A DNA stretch of 64,000 bases from Ginglymostoma cirratum (taxonomy: Eukaryota): positions 43,095,514 through 43,159,513 of the forward strand of contig JAHRHZ010000144.1 in NCBI GenBank assembly GCA_024137785.1, in the 5' to 3' direction. The notes under the pieces are model-generated. The model ran no database searches and was not told the origin of the DNA. It saw only the letters and a list, made by a program, of their open reading frames with translations. Below, one piece after another: positions 62,802 to 64,000 of this stretch. Numbering within the stretch: the stretch's first letter is position 1; each line of letters begins with the position of its first letter. A program made the translations under genes and the position numbers.

Positions 62802-64000
62802 TATATTTTGTGCTGGGCTTCCCCATTATTGAGGATGGGGATATTTGTTGCGCTTCCTCCTCCGGTGAGGTGTTTAATTGTCCACCACCATTCACTACTG
62901 GATGTGTCTTGATTGCAAAGTTTAGAACTGATCCATTGGTGTGAGATTGCTTAGTCCTATTTATCACACATTGCTTTCACTGTTCCACATGCAGGTAGTC
63001 CTGTGTTAAAGCATGACCAGGTTGAAAACTAATTTTTAGGTTCATCGAGTTCTGCTGCAGGAATTCCCTCTTGCACTCTTCAGTAAAATAGGGTTGCTCT
63101 CCCGCTGTGAAGATAATTGTAGTGCAGGGGATATTGTGGGCTATTTGACTGTGGTCAAATATAATTATTTTGCGACTGAAGACCCACCTTATGGATGCCC
63201 AGTTTTGAGTAGTTAGATCTGTTCAAGGTCCATCTAATTTTGCATGCTGGTAATGCTACAGAGCATGATAGACCGTGGCCTCAGCATGAAGACCGGACTT
63301 CATCTTGACAAGAGCAGTGAGATAGTCAACCCCTATAATACTGTGTGTACAGATGCAGCTGTGATAGGTTGATTGGTGAGGATGAGACCAAAATGATTTT
63401 TCTCTTATGTTCGTTCCCTCACCACCTGTCACCAACACAGTGTACAAGCTATGCCCTTTAGTACTCAGCCAGTTTGGACAGTAGTGGTACTACTTAGTCA
63501 CACTTAATAACACCCTTTAAAGTCCCCCATCAAGAATATGTTCTGTGTCCTTGCCACCCTCAATGCTTCCTCAAAGTGTTTTTCAATATGGACTGCTGAT
63601 TTGTCAGCTGAGATGATGGGGTGGGGCAGTCAGTATAGTAAGCAGCCGGAGGTTTCTTCACCCAGTGTTTGACCCGATGCCATGCATATTCCTGTGGTTG
63701 GAGACAATGTTGAGGATTCCTAGGATAACTTCTTCCTAACTGTGTTATCACCTCTTCTGGGTTTGCCCTGCTGGTGAGACGGGACACATCAAGGGATGCT
63801 AAAGGTTTTATGTGGGTCATTGTCTGTATGGTTTGATTCTGAGAGATTGACTATTGCAGTCTGTAGTACACCTCTCCAAATTTTAGTTCACACCCCCAGA
63901 TTTTGGTGAAGAAGACTTTGCACGGTTGATAGGGCTATGTTCGTCATTGTAATTTCTAGAGTCCAGGTTGCTACTAGGTGGTCCATTCAGTTTTCTTCCT

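Larger units (their letters stand above)
61812..64000 (-). mobile_element. Family B LINE (RT N-terminus and EN), decayed, continuing past the window end
   Basis: Colinear with 41680-43410 (e.g. CAGGAGCTGAGTGGCCCTGGCAGAACCCAAACTGAGC; GAAGACTTTGCACGGTTGA). Confidence 0.88.

Noticed and set aside
62269-62967. The two longest ORFs in the track (232 and 208 aa)
   Set aside because: Artefacts of translating through 400 N.
1-64000. Prokaryotic-type systems (CRISPR arrays, operons, defence islands)
   Set aside because: No regularly spaced repeats or gene-dense ORFs; the window is vertebrate intronic DNA.

Overview
This window is vertebrate nuclear DNA. The repeat content (HE1/V-SINE, DeuSINE-type SINE, shark-type CR1 and Penelope-like elements) points to a cartilaginous fish, probably a shark; that assignment is inference. 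I can support only one host coding exon: a 66-bp + strand exon at 50384-50449 encoding (R)[21 protein letters not shown](Q), from the kinase domain of myosin IIIB (MYO3B). The rest is intron, more than 50 kb upstream and more than 13.5 kb downstream. Roughly half of it is decayed mobile DNA: two CR1/L2-group LINE families, RTE LINEs, Penelope-like elements (PLEs) with hammerhead-ribozyme cores, several tRNA-derived SINEs, PIF/Harbinger transposase and Myb/SANT remnants, and an internally deleted Gypsy element. Almost all ORFs in the supplied track are TE fragments or chance ORFs. Three observations stand out. (1) One LINE family ('family B') appears to carry a tRNA-derived Pol III SINE head as its own 5' end, lacks an ORF1 and has a sense strand poor in T runs, and a SINE here looks like its internal-deletion derivative; this suggests a possibly Pol III-driven autonomous retrotransposon with its SINE. 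(2) A tail-to-tail PLE pair is near-identical, has a TSD and carries a sense-strand hammerhead core. (3) A TE-free block near 60.7-61.1 kb is dense in PBX-HOX and MEIS/PKNOX motifs. TE boundaries were read by eye and are approximate (about +/-30 bp unless exact motifs are given).
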